Source of the DNA: Podarcis vaucheri
Lineage: Eukaryota
DNA: 64,000 bases
Assembly: GCA_965113315.1 (NCBI GenBank)
Contig: OZ220372.1
Direction: 5' to 3' (one strand)
Position 1 is the first letter of the stretch. Each line of letters begins with the position of its first letter. The notes beneath the pieces are model-generated. The model was given only the letters and a program-made list of their open reading frames with translations, ran no database searches and was not told the DNA's origin. A program made the position numbers and the translations under genes. Positions 11,966 through 25,359 of the stretch are shown here, piece by piece.

Positions 11966-12165
11966 GTCTAGACTGCCCCTGCCGCCATGCATTTCATTGT
12001 ATCATGGTAGCTACATGTTATTGAAGGAGATGGTGGATAAATTGCTTTAAGAAACTACACTGAATCTACTCTCATTCGTAAGGCATTACTGTATTGGAAT
12101 TCTTTGCAAATGGAATTTCCACATAGGATCCACATTATATGGAGTATCGTGCTGTATCTCACTTA

Positions 12166-12389
12166 CAGTGGTACCTCGGGTTACATACGCTTCCGGTTAC
12201 AGACTCCGCTAACCCAGAAATATTACCTCGGGTTAAGAACTTTGCTTTAGGATGAGAACAGAAATCGGGCTACAGCAGCGTGGCAGCGGGAGACCCCCAT
12301 TAGCTAAAGTGGTGCTTCAGGTTAAGAACAGTTTCAGGTTTAGAACGGAGCTCCGGAACAAATTAAGTACTTAACCTGAGATACCACTG
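12166..12389. mobile_element. Tc1/mariner-type MITE (family A)
   Basis: cagtggtacctcgggtta ... taacctgagataccactg, TA flanks. Confidence 0.9.
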
Positions 12390-15300
12390 TATTTAAAAAC
12401 ACTTTTCTCTGCTACGCACCACAGTATTTTACAGCAAGTGCATTTTTAAAAGTTGGAAGTTCCTAAGGCACATGTACTGTATAATGTTTCCCTATTACAT
12501 AATTAGGTAGCACACATCTCTAATTGGGTGTAATCGTGTGGGAAGTGTTTGGTGTTTGAAAGCTCACTTTCATTTGTGCATAAAATTTGGTGTGGCTTCC
12601 CTCCAACTCCCCACTTTGTTTTCCCTCAAAGACGAGCAGGGGGGAAAGTTGGAGGGAAAATGTGCCAAGTTGGTTCTGTAGGATCAAAGCCGCTTCCCAC
12701 TGACAACAGCAGTAACGGCACATTATTTGTTTACATGGACACATAACGGCACAAGACACTGCAATGAATGAAAAAAACCTAAAGTGAAAGAAATCTGGAA
12801 AATTCCAGAATAAAAGGGCAAATGTGACCTGGAATTATTTCGTTTGCACTCTTCGTCTCTTTGTTGGGTCCCCCGCCCTATAAATCCAGTATTCTTATAG
12901 TAACCTTTCATACATAAATGAAACATGTTTTAAGAGAAAGCTCCGTTTATATTTATTGCATAAAGACCAGTGAACCGGCAACCTCCAGCACAGATTAACA
13001 TTTCACTGAAATCACCAGACTTTACTTCCAAGTAAATATGTTTAGTTTTAGGGTGTGATAAAAATAAGGTCCTCAAGCAACTACTGAGTTGGGTGGGCTT
13101 AACTGAAGCCAGAATTATTTTTTTCCTTAGAAAATAGGTGTAACACAAAGTAGTTGATATGAAGCCAATATTTTTCCTTAGCAGACACATAAAGTTATAT
13201 GGTGCATCTCTTGTGTTCCAAAGGAAATATGTTTGAGAAAGACATATAGCAATTTTTCATTTTCTATGGAACACAGGAAGCATTCACAATATTCTTTCTA
13301 TCTGCTTTCCATTAACAACTTCAGAGTTGTTTCCAGTCATTTTAGTAATTATCCTTGACCTGGAAAAACTGACCTTGAACACTACATTTTCCTCATGCTA
13401 AAAAATAAAAAAGAAAGGGGATCTGCATACTTCAATTTTACTCTTTCAATCCTCAAAGCTCTAAATTATGGATATGCTCAAGGTTCTATATACTCCTCAG
13501 GGATGTGCAATCCTGACAGTGTCTTGTCTTGAATAAGCAAAGGCCATCAACGGCATTGCCAAATGCACAAATCATTTTGTTACTGCATACATAAATGGAC
13601 AGCAAAGAGGCTAAAGTGACAAGTCTTTCTTTTGTTAGAGATGGGTCCGACAAAAGGCTCATTTAGTTGTTGGAATTGAAAATGAACAAATCTGACAAAA
13701 TGCACCATAATCAAATATATATCAGGTAGTCCCAGAGAGTCCTCAAATTGGAATGAAAGCAAAGGGGAAGGCAAACACGAAATTCCACATCTTGTGATAT
13801 ATTCTCATTAGCCAAAGGGACAATGAGGTGACGGAAAACAGATTTTGAAGAAGCAAATGTTCCCAGATATCTCAACCCATAGTATCTGACAGAAGCGTAG
13901 ATACTGCAAGATCCACATTATAAATCCTGGCCTCATCATTCATACTTTATCAGTGAAGTTTCCATTCACTGGGATCATAAGTGCGCATAGCTTGTGACAT
14001 AACAAGTCCAACATAAAGCCCTTTCATAGATGCTTTAAGCATTTATAGTTTTCCATTAAAAGTATCATGTTTCCATACTTTGCAGTCATAAAAGAATAAA
14101 TAATTTTCAAAGGCTTACTTGATAGCAGACTTCTTAATAGACCTTGGAAATATGTGGAAAATCTCCAACATAAAAGTAGCTAATTGACTGGTTACTGTGA
14201 AAGTCTTTTAAAGATCAGCTTCAAGGCAGTAAGCAGATACAATGCCCCCACACTGGAGTATTCAAAGTAATGCAGTGCAATTTATCTTTTGGTTCTGACA
14301 TTTTGACCACTTAGAATCACCTGTTAACTGGTATGCAAACAAAAACATTAAAGTGACATAGAAATGATTATTCCCTCAATTAGTCTGGAATAATCCCATT
14401 GAACACAAAATAAATCTTGAATATGACAATGGCACAAAGATGGTAGTACAAAGATTGCCATGTCTCTTACACGTGAAAGGGGGACGCACCAACTTTAAGA
14501 TCAATGTAAACATTGTATTGATTTTAATTAGGAGCAAACAATATCCATGGTCACAAATAAGGAGAAACAAACCATCACATTCTCCATCTCCAGATAACTT
14601 AAATACAATTTTAATTTGGGAAAGATAGTTTATTGAGTACAATAAACTAAAACTTTCATCTTATTATATTGCTGAGAAGACACATAATCTTCTCAGACCC
14701 ATATACGTTACAATGCGTGTCTCAGTTTTGAATCTTTCTAAAAGCTATCTTTCTCCCGCTTTGAAATCCTATCTCCCAAATGTGCCTTTGTTCAGGAGAG
14801 CTTCCTCTTCAAGAAGGTTTCCTAAATGTTATTAGTAATTAAGAGGAGGTTTTCAGTATATGAGTTTGCTAAAATAAAGCATAGACCTTTGAAAGACATC
14901 GTCATGGTGCTTAATTAAAGAAAAACTTGGGAAGGGCTGGTAAATAGTTTGACCAAGATCCTTTGTAACTTGAGAGACAAAAGCCCTACGGAGACACTGC
15001 TAGATAGTTCAGATCTTTAGTGTTGCAAACTGTAGACACCACAGGATCATGTTTGCTTTAATTGCTAATAACATTATTTATTGTTTATTCACTTCATTTG
15101 ATGCAACAACACAGGGAAGCTGTTTTGCTAGCAAGTGAAGCAGAAGATGCCAAATCAACAAAGTGTAATAAAGGGCAGGATTCACCTAATGAACCCCATC
15201 GGCGGAAGTCCTGTGCAATTGTTCTATCTGGCAATCTAATATGCTTACGTAGATGGAACATTTTGTAATAGAGCAATGCTGAATTCCACCCACTGTCTTA

Positions 15301-15806
15301 AATACACAGTTCATCCCAGTGATAATATGAAGCTTCTTAATACTTTTGCTTTGATGCTTCATGGTGATAGGCTCTCAATAAAAGGAAATGAAATATATAC
15401 CCTGAATTTCTCAGCTTCACTTTTATTATGTAATGGTATCAGGCACTGTGATCCCCAAACGCATTCCCTTGTTTCACAATGGAAAACTGCTGCATATTAA
15501 ATACAGTCACACATTTTACATGTGGTTGCCAATTTGCTAATAGGTACTTGTGTTGATTCATGAAGCTCTACACAAACTGGGCCCCTTAAGAGTCATCTGA
15601 TGGGGAACTTCTGGTAATTCCACGTGTCCCTAAGGTTTAGTTGGCCTCCACCAGGAACCAAGTTTTTAGAGTGGCAGGTCCTGCCCTGTGGAACTCTGCC
15701 AGATGAGGTTGAGCAAGAACTATCCATTGCTTATTTCAGATGACTTTTGGAAATTTTAGGGGTTGGGTAGGCAATCAGAACCTTCTCTTTTTAACCAAAC
15801 AGTTTC

Positions 15807-16234
15807 ATACCCTCCAACATGTTCCCAGTGAAAATAGGGACGTCCTATTTCATTATTAAGGGATGCGGGTGGCGCTGTGGGTAAAACCTCAGCGCCTAGG
15901 ACTTGCCGATCGCATGGTCGGCGGTTCGAATCCCCGCGGCGGGGTACGCTCCCGTCGTTCGGTCCCAGCTCCTGCCTACCTAGCAGTTCGAAAGCACCCC
16001 TAAGTGCAAGTAGATAAATAGGTACCGCTTTATAGCGGGAAGGTAAACGGCGTTTCCGTGTGCTGCGCTGGTGCTGGCTCGCCAGAGCAGCTTCGTCATG
16101 CTGGCCACGTGACCCGGAAGTGTCTCCGGACAGCGCTGGCCCCCGGCCTCTTAAGCGAGATGGGCGCGCAACCCTAGAGTCGGACACGACTGGCCCATAC
16201 GGGCAGGGGTACCTTTACCTTTACCTTTACTATT

Positions 16235-16284
<50 letters not shown>

Positions 16285-16566
16285 TCCCACCCATCTGACT
16301 GGGTTGCCCCAGCTACTCTGGGAGGATTCCAACATATATAAAAACATAATAAAACATGTAAATAAAACTTCCATATATCTTCTAAAGGTTGTACAGTTGC
16401 TTACCTCTTTGGCTCGGTGGTACATAATTCCATACCTTCCAACATTTCTCTGATGAAAATAGGGGCGTCCAAAGATAAGCAGGACATTCTGAGGATCAAA
16501 TCAGAAACAGGGATGGCTTCTGTGAATTTGGTACTATTCTTGGAAAATAGGGGCGCTTGGAGGGTC
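15807..16566 (-). repeat. Unclassified interspersed repeat, interrupted by a Sauria SINE
   Basis: Reverse-complement match to 52968-53345 (ccctccaa..., aaatagggacgtcc, ccatctgactgggttgcccc); SINE inserted next to its (ATT)n tract. Confidence 0.7.
15860..16230 (+). mobile_element. Sauria SINE, full length
   Basis: Head gggatgcgggtggcgctgtgggtaaa, B-box ggttcgaatcc, core gtgcaagtagataaataggtacc, (ACCTTT)n tail; TSD tatttcattatta. Confidence 0.92.
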
Positions 16567-16660
16567 TGCAGTATTTATTGATTATTTTAATAGTGTGGCT
16601 TTTTATATTGCATATTGTCTTGATATAATTTCCATGAAAGTACAGATTATAAATATGTAA

Positions 16661-16663
<3 letters not shown>

Positions 16664-16714
<51 letters not shown>

Positions 16715-16917
16715 GGTTTTGGTGTCTTCGGGTGTCTTCCCGTGTAAGAGTCGGGGTGTCTGTGCGACGTTTCGACGAGGTCTCACTCGTCATCTTCAGC
16801 CTGAAGATGACGAGTGAGACCTCGTCGAAACGTCGCACAGACACCCCGACTCTTACACGGGAAGACACCCGAAGACACCAAAACCTGCATTCCTGTACCC
16901 GTGAAAATCTACGAAAG

Positions 16918-16971
<54 letters not shown>
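16664..16971. mobile_element. Penelope-like element terminus with inverted duplication, embedded in (TA)n
   Basis: Perfect inverted repeat 16710-16799 / 16801-16890; unique tail cccgtgaaaatctacgaaagc; (TA)n on both sides; contains a minimal hammerhead motif typical of PLE pseudo-LTRs. Confidence 0.75.
16799..16836 (+). ncRNA. Minimal type I hammerhead ribozyme motif (mirror core on - strand at 16766-16799)
   Basis: CUGAAGA 16801-16807, stem II GACGAG/CUCGUC, GAAA 16827-16830, palindromic ACGU helix III, GUC site ending 16834; helix I only 2 bp. Confidence 0.7.
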
Positions 16972-16973
<2 letters not shown>

Positions 16974-17087
16974 GTAGTTACTGTGGCAAGGATGCCCAGA
17001 TATATGAAGTGCTTTCGTCACTCAAACAGATGTGCATACTATGTCACACAAATAATTTCCCCTATGCTCTGCACACTCATGTAGGAT

Positions 17088-17113
17088 AATAGTAGTAGTA
17101 ATAATAATAATAA

Positions 17114-17156
<43 letters not shown>
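17088..17156. repeat. (AAT)n microsatellite
   Basis: Direct reading. Confidence 0.95.
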
Positions 17157-18652
17157 GTGTAAGATAAACCTGATCTACAAATAGCTTTTGTTGCTGAGCT
17201 AGAAAAAGAAACACAGTTTGATTGGAAAAAGTAATTCATACAGCTGGCATCTAAATTAACTTCCTAGCATATAAAGACATCTGTGTCTTTAAATACATTT
17301 TCATAAAGCTAGTTTCAAAACAGTGTACTACTTCAACAAAGAAAAAGTTAAATGTTTTAAAAGCTTCCCCTTGCAGTCAGTGACAAAATTCCAGCAGTCT
17401 TTATAGCCCATAGGATCACTTTACAGCAGACTTTAGATATACCATGAAAGGCTGTCTGGAATTTATTATGAACCAAAAATGCCACCAAACTGGAAATTTC
17501 ACATGGGGTGGGGGAAGCAATATTGTTCTTTTACCCTGATATTTTGGAGATGATGTAATCCAAGTATTATTATTTACAACAAATTCATACGTTATGCAGG
17601 CAAGCTGTTCTCAGGGGATATGTGTGGTAAATGGAGAATACCAGTGGCAAATAGAATTTACATCAAAGCAATCCTAGAAACCTCAAACACTCATTATTCT
17701 ACTCATGACCTTTGCTTTTGTGCAGAAGGAGAATACAACGGAACATAATGGTAGCATTTACTGAAAACTAAACATTTCTATTTAAATGGTTGCTGAAAAT
17801 GAGATGAAAACCTTTATGTAAACAATGCAATATATCCTTCTAATACTGTGCACCCTTGTTAAGTAGCAAATTGGCTATAAATCCTGAAGACATTTTATTA
17901 AATTTATGCCATTAAAAATGTGGGGTTGCTGAGGTGATAAAGTATCCATTGTGCACCAGGGGGATCATGGTTTGAATCTAGCGTAAGACACAAAGTCATG
18001 TGTTTGTGATCTCTCTTGAGCCCTCTGTGCTTATGTAGAGCATTTTTTAAAAATAATTTGACCAACTGTCTGTCTCGCCTCAGTATGCGCAAGGCCATTG
18101 CTGCTGCCAGAACTTTCCAAGCGACTGAGGTGAACGTTAGTCATTTCGCATGAAGGCTCACTTTTCATAAAGCCTTTTTTGTGAGAGGGGATTTCCACTC
18201 AACCTTCAGAAAATTCAGATATGGTGACTGTTCTTCTGACTACCACATGCTCAAAGTTCTTATTCCTTGCTGGACTTTGCCATAGAAATTTCTGGACCCA
18301 CTTTCATCTCACATGTTTCTCCATCTTGTTTCAGGGTGCTCAGTGTCCATTCTTAAATCTCCCAGAGCAAAAGCCTTGTGACAATTTTGGGCTTACTCCC
18401 AGACCACTGCTATAAAGCTGGCCTCAGAAAAGGGCTGCCCATTTCCAATCCAGGTCAAGCTCTGGCACTTCCCTCCAATTTACCAGAAAAGGAGCCCACA
18501 ATTACCAAAGGCCTGACCTCTTTACACCTCATATTGGTCTAGCAATTTCTCTTGCTAGGATCCATACGGCTCCTCCACAAAAGCTTCAGCTAATTAAGAA
18601 TAAAAACCTCATTTTCTCTTCCAGAATTAGTATAAAAATGTGTCTGAGTATA

Positions 18653-18894
18653 CAGTGGTACCTTGGGTCACATACGCTTCAGGTTACATACGCTTCAGGT
18701 TACAGACTCCGCTAACCCAGAAATAGTGCTTCAGGTTAAGAACTTTGCTTCAGGATGAGAACAGAAATCGTGCTCCGGCGGTGCGGCAGCAGCAGGAGGC
18801 CCCATTAGCTAAAGTGGTGTTTCAGGTTAAGAACAGTTTCAGGTTAAGTACGGACCTCCGGAACGAATTAAGTACTTAACCTGAGGTACCACTG
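18653..18894. mobile_element. Tc1/mariner-type MITE (family A)
   Basis: cagtggtacct ... aggtaccactg, TA flanks. Confidence 0.9.
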
Positions 18895-20044
18895 TATGTT
18901 GCAACTGGTAGCATTAAAAGAGAAGCATCACCATGATCTTATACAGCAACTAGGTAGTTGCCTATGGGATTTCCAGACCTCTCAGTCTGCCCTGAAGTCT
19001 CCAGGTTTGCCTGGGTCCTTCCAGGGAACAGGTGAAGGGCCTGGATCTCCAAGTGAGTGGCTGCTTTTAATTTAATTTAATTTTTAAGAAGACTGTGCAT
19101 GCATCTTGCAAGCTTCACCCCTGCAGGATCTGACTGCAAGTTATAACACAAACATGCCGTGGGGAGTCTGCCCTCTTCTGCTCCTCACTTCCAATTAACC
19201 TCCATCTCCAGGGCCTGCTCATGACAACACCAGGAACCACCCTTAGGTCTCAGCTTTGGACCCTGAAATCACGGGACCTAGGATGCTCCTGACCTGTCAA
19301 TTCTAGTGGCCTCTGAACTGACACCTCTCTTTTTAGTTGCTCCCCGCAACAGATCAGAGACTAGGAGGGAAGAGAAGCTATCAGTCTACAGTATCTTTGC
19401 AACTTAAAGCTGATTTAGTGAGGTTCCTAAGAAATTTGTCCTAGGATCACCAGGGTTTTCCCCTGTCAAGGATACACCAGCTCCTTGCATGGGGAAACTT
19501 GACAAAATGTGAAACTATACTATCAAACCTATATTCATTTCTACAGCCACAGCAGATGCTGTTAATTTTCCAATAGCATACTCTTCCATTGACTCTCAAG
19601 GCAGATGGACGCCAACTGTCAAATATTATTTTGGGCCCTAGGGTTGCCATATGTCCGGTTATTATTATTTTTGTTGAAAGTTAATAACATTGCTACTAGC
19701 AATACATCACAGCTTCTATAGCCTACATACAGTAGGGGTATTTAAAATTAGAGTTGTCACAGCAATCCACAGTTAAAAGTAGAAGTCAGCAAATGTGTCC
19801 TCTTTCTTTCTCTTCAGAATATGGCAACCCTAATTTTAGCCAGGAAATAACTGTATGACAGGACTGATGGGGAGACTCTTGGCGAAGCAATGATACAGTT
19901 GCTTTACTGAATATCCCTACAACTCAGTTCCAGCACCTCTCAGGTGAACACTATTGCCATTCTAAGAGAACAAGGGAGGTGTTCATGGTGAGTTCCAGCA
20001 CCTCTGATTTTAGGAAAATAGCACTGCCTACAACCAAAACCTAG

Positions 20045-20387
20045 GGATGTGGGTGGCGCTGTGGGTTAAACCACAGAGCCTAGGACTTGCCGATCAGAAG
20101 GTTGGCAGTTCGAATACCAGTGACGGGGTGAGCTCCTGTTGCTTGGTCCCTGCTCCTGCCAACCTAGCAGTTCGAAAGCACGTCAAAGTGCAAGTAGATA
20201 AATAGGTACCACTCCAGCGGGAAGGTAAACGGCGTTTCCATGCACTGCTCTGGTTCGCCAGAAGCGGCTTAGTCATGCTGGCCACATGACCCGGAAGCTG
20301 TACGCCGGCTCCCTCGGCTAATAAAGCGAGACGAGCGCCGCAACCCCAGAATCGGCCACGACTGGACCTAATGGTCAGGGGTCCCTT
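20045..20387 (+). mobile_element. Sauria SINE
   Basis: Typical head and core; 16-bp TSD tacaaccaaaacctag. Confidence 0.92.
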
Positions 20388-23300
20388 TACAACCAAAACC
20401 TAGAACAGCTTTCCCTCACAAGTTACTTTCTAGATGTTTTGGACTACAATGACCATCAGTGCTAACAAGCAGCCCTGCTAGCTGGCTTTGATGGTGAAAC
20501 GGAGCTCCTAACACCCAGTCTTAGGTAGAAGGGAGTTGAGTGTTAATTTCTGCCAGCAACACATGAAAATCTAAATCCAAGATGGCGGGTAATAATAACA
20601 ATAATTACAAGAGGGTGATCAAAAGACACTTAACTGGACATTTGATTCCCTTTCACGGGTTTAACGTAATTTCATAGTGTATCTGCATGATACACTATTA
20701 GTAGACTTACACTGCAATCCAACACATGCTTACTAAGTAGTAAATCCAAAGAATAGCCTCCTTGCTATGCACTGACTTGTTCTACTATATTCTCTCTCTC
20801 CTTTCTTATTATTGCCACTCTTTATAATCCCTCCTCTTGTTTTATGTTCTTTTCCTCTGTTGAATTTTAATGCATTTTTGTATTTGTTGTTATAAACTGA
20901 ATGTGATTTGACAACTCCAAAAATAATAAAAATGGATTGCCTTGTTGGCTCAGACCAAAGTTCCATATAACCCAGTGGCCCGAATCCAACAGCAGCTAGC
21001 CAGATGCCTCTGAAAACCCATGACAAACAAAGTTGGAGAATATGATTACAAACTCCTGTTGTTTGCTGCCAGCATACTATACCGAGAAGGGTCTCAACAA
21101 CTCAGTGGCAAAGTGCAATCTTTGTCTACAGAAGGTTGCTGGTTCGATCCCAGTCATCTCCAATTAGAAGCAGTGAGATTTTTACTTATTTATTTCGGGC
21201 TTTTATAACCTGCTTTTATTTGAATCAATCCCAGAGCACAGTACAACATAATATATATATAAAATGTGTAATAAAACAAAACAATCTTTTTAAAAATTCA
21301 AACTGCAAAACAATAAACCAAAATTATACCACAAACACCATGAGAGCAACAAAACATCTCCTCCAGCCACTGAGTAAATAAAAATGCATTTACAAGGCAC
21401 CTAAAAGCCATCTGTTAAAGGCTTCTGTGCTTGAGACCATAGAGAATTATTGCCAGAATAGACAATATTGAGCTATACAGGCAAATTGTCTGAGCATTAA
21501 AAAATGTTTTTTTTTTTAAAAAAATATTTTTTATTGATTTTTCCATGTATACTTCTTCTAACAATATATATTTAACAATTTTGCATATTTTGACCCTCCT
21601 CCCCTGGACTTCCCTTATACTCCCGTTTTGTTTTATTTCCATATTGTTCACCCTGTGTATTGTTTCCCCAAAATTTTCTCAATACATATAGTCTTATTTT
21701 TTGTTGTATACAGTTGTCTACAACTGTATATAAATGTTTAAAACTGTTCTAACTGCATGCGTAAGCCTGTCATCGTCATAATCATAATCATTTTTCCACC
21801 ATGTTTATTTCTTCTTCAAAAGGGCAGATCTAAAAAGACCATTGCTGGTGCATATGGTAATACCTTTTTTAAAAAAAAATCAAACAAACTGAGAAACTTT
21901 CTCCTGAACTTGTCAGTGTTACTGGAATCCTAAGAGGAGGATTGCGATGCAAATATTCGTGGGGAAGGTGCTTGCCCGTCATCATGGAAACAGGTAGAAA
22001 TTATGGGGCAAAGGAGTCATGCTAGGGTCTGTTAAAAGTGACCAAACCAACACTTCTAGTTGTGGAGGGGAGCTTAAAATGTGAAAAAGTAATTCCCAAT
22101 ATGTTCAATACTATGGGGGGGGGAATAGTGGATGGAAAACTGTTGTAACTGCATTTCAGACAAAGCACATCTGTTCCCAGGTGGCACAAAAAAACTGCAG
22201 GAAGGTTGAGATGTAACTGCAAGCCCACCTTCTAGCATGGGCTTAATTGATTTCAAAACCCGATACAAGCACGCACGTTTGAAACTGTATTTCTGTCTTT
22301 CACACATGCAGACCAACTGCAGAGGAGAGACTCAAAAGTGCTTTAGTGGCATGTGTGAAATCAGTTTGGGCCTGCTTTATAGAATTAGAAAAATACTCTG
22401 CAGAAGCCAAGTTGACAGGAGACTAAATTAATATCAACCCTACTTTCATTGATATAATACTGTGAAAAGAAACTATAGTCTTGTTTTGTTGCAAACAAAC
22501 AAAAATGCCCTTTTGTTAAAGCTCCAGATCAAGGCCACATATGTTTAACCAGCCAGACTGAATTGCCACCTCCCTTTCCTACATGAAAATTCAAGTCTAA
22601 TTTAAAAATCCATAAGAAGATGGGCTTGGTCTTTTTTGTTTTTCAAATTAATTGCATATAAAGTGCCACTTTCCCCCCTACTGTAAATCAAGAGAACTCT
22701 GGTGTCTTTGGAATGAATTCCAAATAGTTGGTCTGGACATGAACTTCACAGTTCTTCCCTCCTCCATCCTGCTGACATTTTCCCATTAATTTCTTTTCCC
22801 CTTTCATCCATTCATTGGCTGATGAGTCTATAAATACACTTCATCTGCTTTTACTTTGCTTTCTAAGGACAAACCATTCCTAAACATGTTGTCTTGATTA
22901 CATTCAAAAGCAAAATCCTCCGATGTTTCTATGTTGGAGCGATAGGCTGAAACGTAACATTTTGTCTATTATGTCAGAGAGAAGTTTCAATGGGCAGTTT
23001 TATCATAATGTCAACAACGTAAATAACCTCATGCCGAAGAAATGCCATATGTGTTAAAGCTGTAAATATCAGTGCTGGCAGCCAAACCGAAGGGGGAGGA
23101 AGGGGTTTGGAGAGATAGAAAAATCAGCTGTATAGTCTCAGACGGTATTATTTTTCCCTGACCTCCTTATTCCACAAACCTCTGCTTTTGCCCATTCCTT
23201 CCTACATTCGGATAACAAATGGCAAATCTTTAAAGAGATAGTCAGGATAAAGAACATCTATATCTCATGCTGAACTTTTCTATCTCAGTGCATAACTTAC

Positions 23301-25012
23301 ATTTTTAAAATGGTTTTTACAATACGTTTTGTTTATATTTTGCTTAGGCTCCTGTATTACATTTCCTGTTGTGCATTATCCACGTATACCTTTTTTGGGA
23401 GATGGGTGGGATGAGAAGTGCCTTTTTACATTAAATTTCTTCTACTATTAAAACCAGCACCAAATGAATTCGTGAATGAAATGTAGTTATAGATTTAAAT
23501 CCAGTCCGCTGCAGCCAGTGGGGCCTTCATCCAAGTGAACATGCGCAGGATCAGGCCGTAAATTGAGCGGGCCTCTGTGAAATAGTTATTATTAAGCATG
23601 GATAAGCATGCTTGAATTCAATGCAGATTGAGAGTGAATAACCCTGCCCGATGCCTGTCTTGATCCAAATTCCATGAAGAATCTATGAAGCAAGCCATGC
23701 TGGCAGTCTGTTGTGTGTTGAGTTGTTCTCTTCCACAGTAGTGTTCAAATTATAAGGAGAAAAATAGGAGACTCTTAATGAACCTTCAAGACCCAGCCCA
23801 TGAGCATTCCCATTTTTTAGCACTATTATTCATGTCGCCATTCCACAGCCTTCAAAAAGCAGTAGTCCAAGGGGGGCATTGCAATCAATAGAGGAGGGGC
23901 GAAGCCCCTTCTGCCCCCCCTCTGTAATGCTGTGCCTCATTTATATTAATGGAGAATCTTTTCTCAGGAGAGAAGTTCCATGACCACACTCTGCATCCAG
24001 AAGAGATTACTGAACCAGAGGTATCGTCTACACAATAGCTTCTGTGGAGATTCCTTTTTTAAAACAGGTCTCTATTTGTATTTGTGTTAATTTTTATCCA
24101 GTTCTGAATGTACGGATACTTGCAAAATAATACATCTCCATTGTAGACCACTGGTGGCCACAACCCAAAGTCCAAGGAAAATCAGGAGATCAGGAGCGTC
24201 ATCGGGGCATTCAGAACTCTACATTCAGTGCTATTTGCATCCATATATAGTGATTTATTGCCAATAAGGAGATACTGTAAAAGGCACAATCAACTGGGGA
24301 ATTGCACCCTGCAGAAGCAAGCCATTGCTGCGAGCTCTCATTGACGGCAACGTGGCTTGCGCATGAGAGCATCCCAGTGGATTGAGTTCCATGTGATTAG
24401 AACTCTACTAAGGAAGAGTTCATAATAGCTTCTTGGCCTTCCGTTTGGCGAAGTTGGTGAGTGCTGTTATAATAACAGGATGCAACACATCCTCTTTTGG
24501 CAGTGCACGTGCCACCTCTCTCCTGTGAACTTGACAAGGGGTCCCAGCTGACGATGAGACCTTTCCTGCAAAAGCGTCATCAAATGTGAAACTGGATCCA
24601 AAGGGTTATGTCTAGGAAACAGGAATGAACTGTACGGTGCTATATATAAAGAAAAGCTGCAGTTGGCTTCTATAAATATTTCATTGTGTTAATTGCTCTG
24701 TGCTCTATGATCTCAGATGGAAAGTGAGCAACCAGAGTTCACAGTTTTAAGAAGCAATTCTAAGCACAGCAACGTGTACAGTAATCTCAGATAGCACAGG
24801 CCTGGCTCCCACCTTGCTAGAACAACCATGTTTATCGTGTCAAAAGTGCCACAAAGTGATCTTTTCCTCACGGTTTATATGTGGTGAATCTTCCTTTTGA
24901 TTTAAACCACACACTTGATGCGCTTCTGCATTTACCCCATTCTATGACCTTTCCAGACGCAGGGGGGGAATATCTGTTGTGTTGTGTTGTCACTCTTCTT
25001 GCGTTAATACAG

Positions 25013-25262
25013 NNNNNNNNNNNNNNNNNNNNNNNNNNNNNNNNNNNNNNNNNNNNNNNNNNNNNNNNNNNNNNNNNNNNNNNNNNNNNNNNNNNNNNNN
25101 NNNNNNNNNNNNNNNNNNNNNNNNNNNNNNNNNNNNNNNNNNNNNNNNNNNNNNNNNNNNNNNNNNNNNNNNNNNNNNNNNNNNNNNNNNNNNNNNNNNN
25201 NNNNNNNNNNNNNNNNNNNNNNNNNNNNNNNNNNNNNNNNNNNNNNNNNNNNNNNNNNNNNN
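25013..25262. other. Assembly gap (250 N)
   Basis: Run of N. Confidence 1.
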
Positions 25263-25359
25263 CTTGAATAAAATATTGCAGGGGGGAAGCATGAGTAAAT
25301 CATAATGTGCACACAGTGTAAGCCTATATCTAACCCGCAGTTATGGAGAAGGCAAAGGT

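Noticed and set aside
15860-15940. tRNA-like A/B boxes (also at 20045, 21095, 45849, 63558)
   Set aside because: SINE heads; no cloverleaf, and they continue into SINE body
22818-22860. Other CUGANGA matches (also near 24548, 26686 and 34586 on -)
   Set aside because: No paired helix II followed by GAAA and a UH site, so not hammerheads
24881-25312. ORFs spanning the N run
   Set aside because: Artefacts of translating an assembly gap
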